Source: a virus. Taken from it: a stretch of DNA of 64,000 nucleotides. The notes below the pieces were generated by a model. It had not been told where the DNA came from. It saw only the letters and a program-made list of their open reading frames with translations, and did not search any database. The stretch lies in the IMG/VR virus record IMGVR_UViG_3300025418_000011; one strand, written 5' to 3'. This document shows positions 55,691 through 64,000 of the stretch, piece by piece (position 1 is the stretch's first letter; each line of letters begins with the position of its first letter). Both the position numbers and the translations under genes were made by a program.

Positions 55691-56695
55691 ATGGACAGTA
55701 ACAACAAAATATCAGAAACGCTTCAGAAGTATTACGACAAGGTTTTCGAGGATGGTAAGCTCGTTAACGTACACATTGCGATGTGGGGCATGAGCTACAG
55801 CCTCACAGAAGAGGACATCAAGCTGGATCAAAAGCTGCCAGAAATGATTCAGCTGGGTAAAAAGATGCTCATCAAGCCCGCGGTGCATAACTTGTTCCGC
55901 AGCTTGCAGCAACGTGCCCGTAACTACCTGTATTCAAACTCGTTCCAGTTTCCCCTGGTTCCCCAAGCACACTTCGTTCCCAAGGCGAGGTATGTTGAGG
56001 TGTATCAGAAGCTCAACGAGTACAAGGAGGCATTCATTAATATGCGGGATGAGTTTATCGAAAAGTATCCCACGTATAAGCAGGAGGCCATCGACTACTA
56101 CAAGCAGTTTGAGGATCAAGTCAAGGTAGAGGACATGGAAAACCTATATCCAGACGTTGAGAAGGTTAAGTCGAAGTTCTCTTTCGATATTGTGTCGTTT
56201 GAGGTTAAGCTGCCCACGGAGTTTTCTAATGTGGACATACATACGGAAATTGGCCGTGAGCAGGCAAACAACGAAGCAAAGGTTGCAGCAGCCAGAAAAT
56301 ACAGGGAGGAATATTCAAATCAACTCAGCACTCATATGAGCAAAATCAATGAGTTTGTTGGCGATGTGATTGATACCCTGCGTTCAAAGGTTGTAGAGCA
56401 TTGCTCTGTTGTGTTGGAAAAAATCTCCAAAAAGGAGGTTGTTTCAGAAACCAATATCAAGACGCTGATGAAGCACATCAATGAGTTTCGTGATCTTAAC
56501 TTCATAGAAGATAAGAACATCGAGGCAGAGCTTAGCAAGGTTGAAAACCTGCTTAAGGGAAATAAGGACCTGGCTAAAGACAAAGATGCCGTTAAAGAAC
56601 TGCAGTCTATGCTTACTGGGGTAATCACAGAGGCTAAAAATGTTAGCGATGTGGCTAACATCTCCGGGGAGTATTTCCGCAAGCTGGAAGTATAA
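55691..56695 (+). CDS. DUF3150-like protein
   Basis: LVNVHIAMWG, LGKKMLI, ARNYL...S.QF, HFVP, YP....VKSKFSF pattern; follows the AAA gene. Confidence 0.65.
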   Translation: MDSNNKISETLQKYYDKVFEDGKLVNVHIAMWGMSYSLTEEDIKLDQKLPEMIQLGKKMLIKPAVHNLFRSLQQRARNYLYSNSFQFPLVPQAHFVPKARYVEVYQKLNEYKEAFINMRDEFIEKYPTYKQEAIDYYKQFEDQVKVEDMENLYPDVEKVKSKFSFDIVSFEVKLPTEFSNVDIHTEIGREQANNEAKVAAARKYREEYSNQLSTHMSKINEFVGDVIDTLRSKVVEHCSVVLEKISKKEVVSETNIKTLMKHINEFRDLNFIEDKNIEAELSKVENLLKGNKDLAKDKDAVKELQSMLTGVITEAKNVSDVANISGEYFRKLEV

Positions 56696-56696
56696 T

Positions 56697-57026
56697 ATGT
56701 TTAATAAAGAGGAGAATGTGTTAGACCTACCCTCATTTGATATGCTCTGGATCTCCTTTAGGGGGGATCCAGAGAACATATTTAGCTTAATAATTCCATA
56801 TTGTGAGGTGAGCAACGGAGAGGTAAGAGCTATATCTCACGATAACATATCAATACTCGCGAAAGAGGAGATGTTTGACATCCCTCCTGACGAGTTTAAA
56901 GAGATTATTGAAAATTCTCTAAACACCTGCTGGGAAGAACAGGGGTTTAAGAGAAAAAAGATAATCAGATTAAGTGTGCAACCTGCAAAAACAAATAAAG
57001 TAATACAAATACCGATAAACACATGA
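56697..57026 (+). CDS. Hypothetical protein
   Basis: About 109 aa from ATG 56697. Confidence 0.55.
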   Translation: MFNKEENVLDLPSFDMLWISFRGDPENIFSLIIPYCEVSNGEVRAISHDNISILAKEEMFDIPPDEFKEIIENSLNTCWEEQGFKRKKIIRLSVQPAKTNKVIQIPINT

Positions 57027-57412
57027 GTCATTCAGTAAAAATTAAAACAAAGTTTAAAAACAAGCGATTGTTGCTTAATACATTCGAAAACATGGGTTGG
57101 AAGGTTGTAGAAAACCAGGTATGCACCACTTATCCCACAGACCCAAGCAGGAATGTGGTGCACCAATATGTAGCCCTGAACCCATCCCCTATGGGATATG
57201 ATGTAGGCATAGATATCAATAGTGACGGTGAAGCACAGTTTACCTGCGACTTTTACGATTCATCTATCGCAAAACAGCTAGGTCATAACTTGCAATATAT
57301 TAAACAGAATTATTCATTAGCTGAAGTAAAGCAGTTCATGAATGAGGAGGATTTGAACTACAAAGTGGAAACATTATCCACAGGAGAATTAAAAATAATC
57401 GCAACCAAATAA
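57023..57412 (+). CDS. DUF1257 (Ycf35-like) protein
   Basis: MSHSVKIKTKF...LLNTFENMGW, YDVG, CDFYD, LQYIKQNYS...V pattern. Confidence 0.75.
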   Translation: MSHSVKIKTKFKNKRLLLNTFENMGWKVVENQVCTTYPTDPSRNVVHQYVALNPSPMGYDVGIDINSDGEAQFTCDFYDSSIAKQLGHNLQYIKQNYSLAEVKQFMNEEDLNYKVETLSTGELKIIATK

Positions 57413-57430
57413 ACCCAACCAAAAACAAAT

Positions 57431-57694
57431 ATGAACAGCAACGAATTCGAATCCATCTCAACGCAGCTCGAAAAGTCCATCGTGGAAACACTCTACAACG
57501 AGTGCCAACCATATCCACCCGCCAAGGTGTATGTTCACCGGCATACCCTGGTGCCTGAGAAGTCACCAGGTTGGGCCAGAGCTAAGGTTACGTATGTGGT
57601 GTATTGCCCAGGGGAGAAAACACACTCCGTAAATATTCGTTTCCAACACGACAAAACCGGCAGGTTTATTCGTAACTCTATGCAATATGTCTAA
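57431..57694 (+). CDS. Hypothetical protein
   Basis: 87 aa ORF. Confidence 0.55.
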   Translation: MNSNEFESISTQLEKSIVETLYNECQPYPPAKVYVHRHTLVPEKSPGWARAKVTYVVYCPGEKTHSVNIRFQHDKTGRFIRNSMQYV

Positions 57695-57884
57695 GAGTAT
57701 TGTTTTCATTATAGATAAAACCGGCAACGTAAAAGTCGACAAGGTAGAGGGTTACGGATCCGGTTGCTTAGAGGCAACAAAACTCATTGAGGATAGGCTC
57801 GGTGGTGCTGAGGAAGGCACCAGAGAGATGACAGAGGAATACAATGAGCCTATTCAAAACAAAGATAACCAAATAGAGTTATAA
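57687..57884 (+). CDS. DUF2997 protein
   Basis: IVFIIDKTGNVKVDKVEGYGSGCLEATKLIEDRLG...TEEY. Confidence 0.8.
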   Translation: MSKSIVFIIDKTGNVKVDKVEGYGSGCLEATKLIEDRLGGAEEGTREMTEEYNEPIQNKDNQIEL

Positions 57885-57885
57885 T

Positions 57886-58158
57886 ATGCGCAGCGTTATC
57901 TATATAGACAGCGAGGGAAACCTCTCTGGACTATCAGATAACCTTTTCGACAAGCTTGCTACCCTCGGTCAGAGGGTAGTCAAGCGAGTCTCTAACATAG
58001 AATTCAATCCAAGAATCCAAATGTGGGAGGCAAAAGATCTAAAAGGGAATGTGATAGGAACACATCAATTCAGGGAAAAACTCATTGAGATAGAGAGAGA
58101 CTACCTAAACACACAAATAGAAAATAATTATGGAGCGAATAATGACAAGCTTCCTTAA
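57886..58158 (+). CDS. Small protein of the same module
   Basis: IYIDSEGNL...LG...KRVSNIEF...WEA...G.H..RE..IE.E..YL; resembles small proteins I recall beside DUF2997 genes. Confidence 0.55.
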   Translation: MRSVIYIDSEGNLSGLSDNLFDKLATLGQRVVKRVSNIEFNPRIQMWEAKDLKGNVIGTHQFREKLIEIERDYLNTQIENNYGANNDKLP

Positions 58159-58522
58159 AAAGGAAGAAATAATCAGAGGTAATGTTACCGAGGTATTAGC
58201 TGTGGAGTTAGTCAAGAACCGTAATGAAATCTATTATGTTTTTGAAAACTCTCTATGTGGACGCACGGGAAATTACAGCAAGACCGAAATATTAAAAGTT
58301 TGGATGGATGAGGAGCTAGCCAGGGACATGTATAATCTTTCCCTGGAGAATAAGACATCCAAGGGGTATACATTTGTAGAAGATGGGGATAATCTATACG
58401 GCCTAGCCCATATGCTTGACTATACCCAAGAATATGTGGATAGTGATAATGCTGTCGCACCCGGCAGACCTAATACACAAAAGATAGTTTTCACGGAACA
58501 ACACAGAAAATTAGAAGCATGA
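58130..58522 (+). CDS. WGR-like domain protein
   Basis: NRNEIYYV...CGRTG...K.SKGY pattern, with W replaced by C. Confidence 0.45.
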   Translation: MERIMTSFLKKEEIIRGNVTEVLAVELVKNRNEIYYVFENSLCGRTGNYSKTEILKVWMDEELARDMYNLSLENKTSKGYTFVEDGDNLYGLAHMLDYTQEYVDSDNAVAPGRPNTQKIVFTEQHRKLEA

Positions 58523-59613
58523 GATTTTTAGCAATATCCGACGAGCATTTGGGGAGTAAGCTGTATAACTTTCAAGAGCTAGAAAATGACTGCAGAGCTC
58601 TATTCTCTAAGACCATAGACTTGGCCATAGAGTTAAAGGTAGATTATCTGGTTAGCGTGGGTGATCTTTTCGACAACAACAAGCCATCGTCAGAGACCAT
58701 AGACTTTGTGGCCTCAGAGCTACGCAGGCTGCGCTCGGCTAGTATACGCCCATTAGGTATTGCTGGAGACCACAGCAAGCCTGTGGATGGAGTTACATGG
58801 GAAAAGATCGCAGGATTCGATCCTATAAATTCAGAGCCTGAGTTTGTGGGAATAGACTATAATGATAATCCGCAACATGTGATAGATTTATTGAATCAGG
58901 AATTAAACAGCAGACCCACAAACTCTGTTAAGTTTATATTCCTGCACCAACAAGTACCAGAGCTATTCTTCTTTATCTCCGAAAAGAAAAAGGTTTCTAT
59001 CAAAGATATAGATTTCTCCAACCAATGCGGGTCTATACAAGCCATATTCTTGGGAGATATACATAAGAGACTGGAAATGTGGTATCATGACCCTGTTTGC
59101 GATAGAAAGATATTCGTTGGCTATTGTGGAAGTCTGGGTGTGACTGCCGCAGACGAAACAAGCAAAGACGGAATCTATTACTGGAATGAGGATAAACTGG
59201 ATCTGGTAGAATATGAGCTGCCTAGGAAGTTCATAACACTGAATATAGATAAAGATAACATAGATAGCTTTGCTCCTTCTGAATATGCAAACTATATGTA
59301 TGAGCAAAATCGTCCTGTGTTTCTTTGCAAATATACTTCAGAGGTATCCGGACAGCTAGACAAGCTCCAGTTTTTGTACAAACTTGGAATAGTTAAATTC
59401 ACCAGAATCAAGTTAGATAAAAACAATCAAGAAGAGTGCGTTAATATCAGATCTGAGCTTAAAACCACAGACAGGATATCTCAAGTATTGCATGAGCTTA
59501 CTAACGGTAAAGAAGAAGCTGATGCCTTATATAACACAGCGGTAAAGCTTTTAACAGAGGATGATCCAGCTAAAATACTGGACGAACTAAAAGCACAATT
59601 ATTAATTAGCTAA
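58519..59613 (+). CDS. SbcD/Mre11/gp47-like nuclease
   Basis: SDEHLG, VGDLFD, AGDHS, LHQ, LGDIHK, YCGSL metallophosphoesterase motifs; paired with the SbcC-like gene. Confidence 0.88.
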   Translation: MRFLAISDEHLGSKLYNFQELENDCRALFSKTIDLAIELKVDYLVSVGDLFDNNKPSSETIDFVASELRRLRSASIRPLGIAGDHSKPVDGVTWEKIAGFDPINSEPEFVGIDYNDNPQHVIDLLNQELNSRPTNSVKFIFLHQQVPELFFFISEKKKVSIKDIDFSNQCGSIQAIFLGDIHKRLEMWYHDPVCDRKIFVGYCGSLGVTAADETSKDGIYYWNEDKLDLVEYELPRKFITLNIDKDNIDSFAPSEYANYMYEQNRPVFLCKYTSEVSGQLDKLQFLYKLGIVKFTRIKLDKNNQEECVNIRSELKTTDRISQVLHELTNGKEEADALYNTAVKLLTEDDPAKILDELKAQLLIS

Positions 59614-59614
59614 A

Positions 59615-59956
59615 ATGAAAAACACCACAGTTAAAAATTTGTTACCATCGAAAGATGTATACCTGCAGTTTGATGAAGAGGAATTGCTTACTTACGGCTG
59701 GGAGAAAGGGCAAAAATTCACTCTAGAGACCAGAGAAGACGGTTCTGTTGTTTTGAGGCCATACGTTAAACTAGAATTGGATTTATCGGAATTCCCTCGT
59801 GAAGTCCTGGAGTACTTTGTACGCATTTCTTGCGAGGAAGATAAGAGCGTTAATGACGTTATAGCTGACGTAATTAGCAGGGGGCTAGAAAAACTAGAGA
59901 TCCCCAATAAACAAAACAGCAGCGAATCAAAACCTACCAAAAAGAGTAAAAAATGA
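59615..59956 (+). CDS. AbrB/MazE-like DNA-binding protein with a possible C-terminal RHH
   Basis: VYLQFDEEEL...GWEKGQKF......DGSVVLRP, then LEYFVRISCEEDKSVNDVI. Confidence 0.55.
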   Translation: MKNTTVKNLLPSKDVYLQFDEEELLTYGWEKGQKFTLETREDGSVVLRPYVKLELDLSEFPREVLEYFVRISCEEDKSVNDVIADVISRGLEKLEIPNKQNSSESKPTKKSKK

Positions 59957-60489
59957 GCCCAGATCTGGAGCAAAAATTAGTTGAAAACTACCCTGATTTC
60001 TTCAGCGGTAGAAACGAACCACTCACACAAAATCTAATGTCATTTGGTTGTGAATGTGGTGATGGTTGGTATGAGATTATAGATACCTTCTGTAAACTCA
60101 CGCAGAATACACTCAAGTCCAATCGTAGATATGCTAAGTTAAAACCAGAATACTGTAAGGGTGATCAGGAATTCGATAAATATCCATCTCCTGTATTTAA
60201 GTTTTTACAGATAAAAGAAAAGTTCGGAACACTCAGGTTGTACTTTGATATTACATATCCAACGCCTCCAGAGAATCACGACACTTTCGAAGAATCTTCA
60301 ATAGATAAAATCTTCGACGAGGTATGGACAACAATCCACGCATATGAAAACTATGCAAGCTACTTGTCTGGTAGAACTTGTGAGGATTGCGGTAAGCCTG
60401 GAAAAGTATATCAAGGAGGTTGGTTTAGAACACTATGCCCATGGCATGCGGAGCAATCAGGTAGATTAGAGAATGAAGAATTACCATAA
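59953..60489 (+). CDS. Conserved phage Zn-binding hypothetical protein
   Basis: ECGDGWYEII, QIKEKFGTLRLY, TCEDCGKPG, RTLCPWH. Confidence 0.75.
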   Translation: MSPDLEQKLVENYPDFFSGRNEPLTQNLMSFGCECGDGWYEIIDTFCKLTQNTLKSNRRYAKLKPEYCKGDQEFDKYPSPVFKFLQIKEKFGTLRLYFDITYPTPPENHDTFEESSIDKIFDEVWTTIHAYENYASYLSGRTCEDCGKPGKVYQGGWFRTLCPWHAEQSGRLENEELP

Positions 60490-62546
60490 TGGAACTTAAA
60501 AAACTAACACTTAAAAATTTCAGAACACACCGTAAGTTAGAGATAGACTTTAAGAGTGGAATAACTGGGATTGTTGGAAATAACGGCACAGGCAAATCCA
60601 GTATTGTGGAAGCCATAATCTTTCTGTTCACGGGGGAAGGTTATGGTTTTAAAGGTGATATGCTTTCTGTAGGTGAAGAATCTGGCTATGTTATGGGTAA
60701 CATAATGATTGATGGAAAAGAGGCAGTGTTAGAGAGACACCTCGACACATCAAAGGTTAACTTTAAATATGACGGAATCACCTATAAAAAGTCAGGAGAA
60801 GTTGCCGAGATATGGGATAAGCTGTTCCAAATAGATAAAAATATATTTAAAAATATCGTTGTGGCCAGACAGGGCGATATTGCATTGCTTTTCTCTGGTG
60901 ATAACTCTGTGAAAGAAAAGATATTCCAGAAGATATTTCTAGTACCTAATACCACAAAGGTAAGAGACACAATATGGAATAAATATATCAAAACCGCTCC
61001 TCCTGAATATCCGCTATTGGACGAACCCGCCATACTGCAGGAAATAAAAGATATTTCAGAAAGTTCCGCAGATATTAAAAAGACGTTAGATACGCTTGAT
61101 CCCGACCTTTCTGGCACACATGCAGACTTGATATCTAGATTAAAATATTTAGACTCCTGTAATCAGGCAGAAGCAGAAAGGAATGTAATTTCTGAAAAAA
61201 TCGCAGAGTTAGAAAATAATAAACTAGATATTTGCGAAGAAATTAACAAGATAGACACAAAGCTTAACTCTGTGGACATCTCTGATATAACTGAAAAGCT
61301 GCAGGAGTTGAAAGCCTCTAGACCGCTCTATGAGAATAAAAAGCAGTTAACGGATTCTTTGGTTGCTTCTAATAACAAAAAACCCGAAGAAGTACCGCAA
61401 GAAGAAATAGCTAGGTTAGCTACCCTCAGGGAGAATCTGAATAAACTAAAAACAGAATATGATGTTCTGGCTAAAGACTACAATGACGCTATCCAAACGG
61501 TAGACAATTATAAGTCCAAGGGGTTGTTAGACGTGGATAATTGCCCACATTGTGGGTCGGAATTAAAAGACATAGGCGTGTATATCGCTCATATGGCTGA
61601 AAAGGCAGAGGAGATTCATAGCAAGATTCAAGTTATCCAGAAAGAATACAACGATATTTCGGTAACTATTAAGGACATAGAGTACAACAAGAATTTATTT
61701 GATAGTTGGAAAGCTGATAACGATAAGATATTGGCGGGTCTGGCTCCTTTAGAAGGTATATCTTTTGATCAAAATGACTATGAGATATACTCGGCAGTAG
61801 TTTCTCAATACAACTCCATGAGTTTAGAGAAACAGAAGCTGAGTCAGTCTCTGCCTTCTATAGAGTCCGGCATCTCTAGCCTAAATATCAAGAAGGCTAC
61901 TTTGCCTGCATATGATCAGGTAAAAATCTCGATAGAGGTTGAGCAGGACGATATACAGCAAAAAATAAATAATATTGTCGGAGCATTAGAAACCAGCAAA
62001 GATCTTCAAATAAAACTCGCCAATAATGAAAATATGATCTCCCTGAAAAGGGGAGAACTGGAAAGAAACGAGAACACCAAGAAACATAACTCCGCAAGGA
62101 ATAAATATGTTGGTATTCTTAATGACTTGTATGAGATGCTTGCCACATCTCAATTTCCAAGAAAGCTTATACAGACATATAGCTCAAATGTTTCAGAGTA
62201 TCTTTCAGAAAATCTAAGAAACTTCAATTTCCCGTATAGGGCAGAAGTTAATGATAATTTCGGAATAGATGTTTTTGATGATCAGGGTAGAAAGTTACCT
62301 TCTGTGTCAGGCGGCCAGGAAATTATGATAGGTGTGGCATTGCGACTGGCATTGCATTCTATGTTCGGAGAGGCTTTCCCTATGATGATATTTGACGAGG
62401 GATCGGTTCATCTTTCTCAAGAGTCAAAAAAGAATTATTTTGAAGTCATAAAGAACATGAATGAGATGAGTAAGCTAAAACAAATAATAATAATCGACCA
62501 CGATGAAGATTTGATAGATGTGGTGGATAACACTGTAAAATTATGA
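60489..62546 (+). CDS. SbcC/Rad50/gp46-like ATPase
   Basis: GNNGTGKSS Walker A, Q-loop VARQG, CPHCG zinc hook within coiled coil, VSGGQ signature, IFDEG Walker B, IIDH. Confidence 0.92.
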   Translation: MELKKLTLKNFRTHRKLEIDFKSGITGIVGNNGTGKSSIVEAIIFLFTGEGYGFKGDMLSVGEESGYVMGNIMIDGKEAVLERHLDTSKVNFKYDGITYKKSGEVAEIWDKLFQIDKNIFKNIVVARQGDIALLFSGDNSVKEKIFQKIFLVPNTTKVRDTIWNKYIKTAPPEYPLLDEPAILQEIKDISESSADIKKTLDTLDPDLSGTHADLISRLKYLDSCNQAEAERNVISEKIAELENNKLDICEEINKIDTKLNSVDISDITEKLQELKASRPLYENKKQLTDSLVASNNKKPEEVPQEEIARLATLRENLNKLKTEYDVLAKDYNDAIQTVDNYKSKGLLDVDNCPHCGSELKDIGVYIAHMAEKAEEIHSKIQVIQKEYNDISVTIKDIEYNKNLFDSWKADNDKILAGLAPLEGISFDQNDYEIYSAVVSQYNSMSLEKQKLSQSLPSIESGISSLNIKKATLPAYDQVKISIEVEQDDIQQKINNIVGALETSKDLQIKLANNENMISLKRGELERNENTKKHNSARNKYVGILNDLYEMLATSQFPRKLIQTYSSNVSEYLSENLRNFNFPYRAEVNDNFGIDVFDDQGRKLPSVSGGQEIMIGVALRLALHSMFGEAFPMMIFDEGSVHLSQESKKNYFEVIKNMNEMSKLKQIIIIDHDEDLIDVVDNTVKL

Positions 62547-62770
62547 GTGAACAAGAAAATAATATAAAACAAAACATCGCCTCTTTGATAATCACGACTG
62601 CGTCATTGTTTCATGCTTGGAACAGCAGAGACAAAAGTACAAAGTTAACAGATATAGCGCAATCTACCGCTAACAGGGTATTGTCTGGCTCAAAACCGAA
62701 CAATAATCCCAGCAAGCCAAAAAACAAAAACCGTGGAACACAAAAACCTACAAAAGCTAAGAACGTATAA
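62543..62770 (+). CDS. Hypothetical protein
   Basis: 75 aa, ATGA overlap. Confidence 0.5.
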   Translation: MSEQENNIKQNIASLIITTASLFHAWNSRDKSTKLTDIAQSTANRVLSGSKPNNNPSKPKNKNRGTQKPTKAKNV

Positions 62771-62924
62771 CTTAAGCCCTACGGTTAGGGTTATTATGTT
62801 CGTAGCAATTTATGTGGGATTGCTTTTAGATAAGCCCTATATAAATTTTATACTGGGTGGACTAGGAGGAATATTGATATACCCCATCATTGAAAGTTTC
62901 TTGAGAGAAATCATAGAGGATTAA
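62733..62924 (+). CDS. Small two-TM membrane protein
   Basis: Two hydrophobic segments; start position uncertain. Confidence 0.45.
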   Translation: MEHKNLQKLRTYNLSPTVRVIMFVAIYVGLLLDKPYINFILGGLGGILIYPIIESFLREIIED

Positions 62925-62925
62925 T

Positions 62926-63999
62926 ATGCAGATAGAAATAACCAGGTTTGATGGTGGGTTGAGACTAAAGCCGTTTACTCCGTATATGGCCAAGTATCTC
63001 AAGTATCATCATAGAGAAATGCAGACTATACAATACAAACGCGACTGTGTGTTTGTAGAAAAGCTGCTGTACTCTTTGGATAGTGATGGTTATGCATTCA
63101 CGTTGCCTGGGTTTTTCCATCAATTAACAGGGTTGATTCATAGGAATCATGACACATATAACGTGATTGACCTACGGTCAGCCCTGCCCCCTGTGGATTG
63201 GGAAAGAATAAAACAGTTCAAACTTAGAGACTATCAGATACCGCTGGTGGCTGATTTGATAATAAAGGGAGAACAAGACAGTGGAGTAATCAATGCGGCG
63301 GGTGGAGTTGGTAAAACCCATATTGCCGCAGTTACTTACGCCGCGTGGAATGGCTTAAACACAATATTGGCTATTCCGTTAAAAGAAGTAGTTAGACAAA
63401 CCTACCAGAAGTTTAAAACATTTTTCCCTGAAAAGCATGTAGGTCTTGTTGGTGATGGTGTGCATGATGTTAGTAATGACATAACAATCACCACATTCAA
63501 AAGCCTCAAGAGTTGCTCACTGGAAAAATGTGAATTATTACTTGTTGATGAAATGCAATCCGCGGGTAGCCCTACATTTAAGAACTGCATGGAGGTTTTG
63601 CGACCTAAACGTGTGTTCGGATTTAGTGCCACCACAGAGGGTTTATTCAATAACAGTGATAAGCTATTGGTTGGTTTGTTTGGTGAAGACTTGATTTACT
63701 TTCCATACACAGATGCAGAAGAATCAGGAGCTGTTGTGCCTGGGGTTGTGTATATGTTAAATATGCCCAAAGACTATGTGTTTGGGGCATACTCATCTAT
63801 AGAAACCAAGATAAAGCACGGCATCAAGGGCTGTGCTGTTAGGAACGAGCTGATTGGGCAGGTATGTACTAAGATACCAGAAGGGTGGCAAACTATAATA
63901 TTTGTGGATCATGTGAAAGATCACTTGATTCCCCTATATAAATATTTACCACCAGGTACAAAGTATTTACACAGAGAGTCTAGCAAAAAATCAGTAGGC
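62926..63999 (+). CDS. SF2 helicase (UvsW/DEAD-like), 3'-truncated, not in ORF track
   Basis: Own translation: LRDYQ (Q-motif), NAAGGVGKT (motif I), LLVDEMQ (II), FGFSAT (III), IIFVDH; runs off the window end. Confidence 0.88.
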   Translation, partial: MQIEITRFDGGLRLKPFTPYMAKYLKYHHREMQTIQYKRDCVFVEKLLYSLDSDGYAFTLPGFFHQLTGLIHRNHDTYNVIDLRSALPPVDWERIKQFKLRDYQIPLVADLIIKGEQDSGVINAAGGVGKTHIAAVTYAAWNGLNTILAIPLKEVVRQTYQKFKTFFPEKHVGLVGDGVHDVSNDITITTFKSLKSCSLEKCELLLVDEMQSAGSPTFKNCMEVLRPKRVFGFSATTEGLFNNSDKLLVGLFGEDLIYFPYTDAEESGAVVPGVVYMLNMPKDYVFGAYSSIETKIKHGIKGCAVRNELIGQVCTKIPEGWQTIIFVDHVKDHLIPLYKYLPPGTKYLHRESSKKSVG

Positions 64000-64000
64000 T

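Noticed and set aside
51560-62546. Inteins or self-splicing introns in terminase, AAA ATPases or SbcCD
   Set aside because: Catalytic motifs are at normal spacing; no intein splice motifs or frame interruptions were seen.
536-63650. Numerous 60-120 aa ORFs nested within or antisense to long genes
   Set aside because: They are shadow ORFs fully overlapping well-supported genes, with no motifs or start signals.
1-64000. Stop-codon reassignment (TAG/TGA), as in some jumbo phages
   Set aside because: Long ORFs (up to 2778 aa) are intact in code 11; TAG and TGA end genes at sensible positions; no suppressor tRNA seen.

Overview
64-kb segment of a large lytic dsDNA myovirus (jumbo-phage-like), AT-rich, standard genetic code, mostly + strand. 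1-39.5 kb is a virion operon: decoration protein, major capsid protein, neck, 1077-aa sheath, tube, spike, a tail chaperone with a clear -1 frameshift, tape measure, baseplate with an embedded sigma factor, and a fibre region with five paralogs including a 2778-aa Ig-repeat protein. 40.4-45.6 kb is an RNA island: a tmRNA with an unusually long 31-aa tag, four tRNAs, a SAM-dependent methyltransferase, and at least four unexplained structured non-coding segments (about 530, 580, 140 and 180 nt). These segments are the best candidate for an undescribed system. 46-64 kb holds a non-canonical initiator-like tRNA, an AAA ATPase, terminase large subunit (- strand), an AT-hook protein, a Ycf46-like AAA/DUF3150/DUF1257/DUF2997 module, SbcD/SbcC-like genes and a truncated SF2 helicase. 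A PVC-superphylum (Verrucomicrobia-like) host is suggested but not proven. All family names come from motif recognition by eye; no database search was run.
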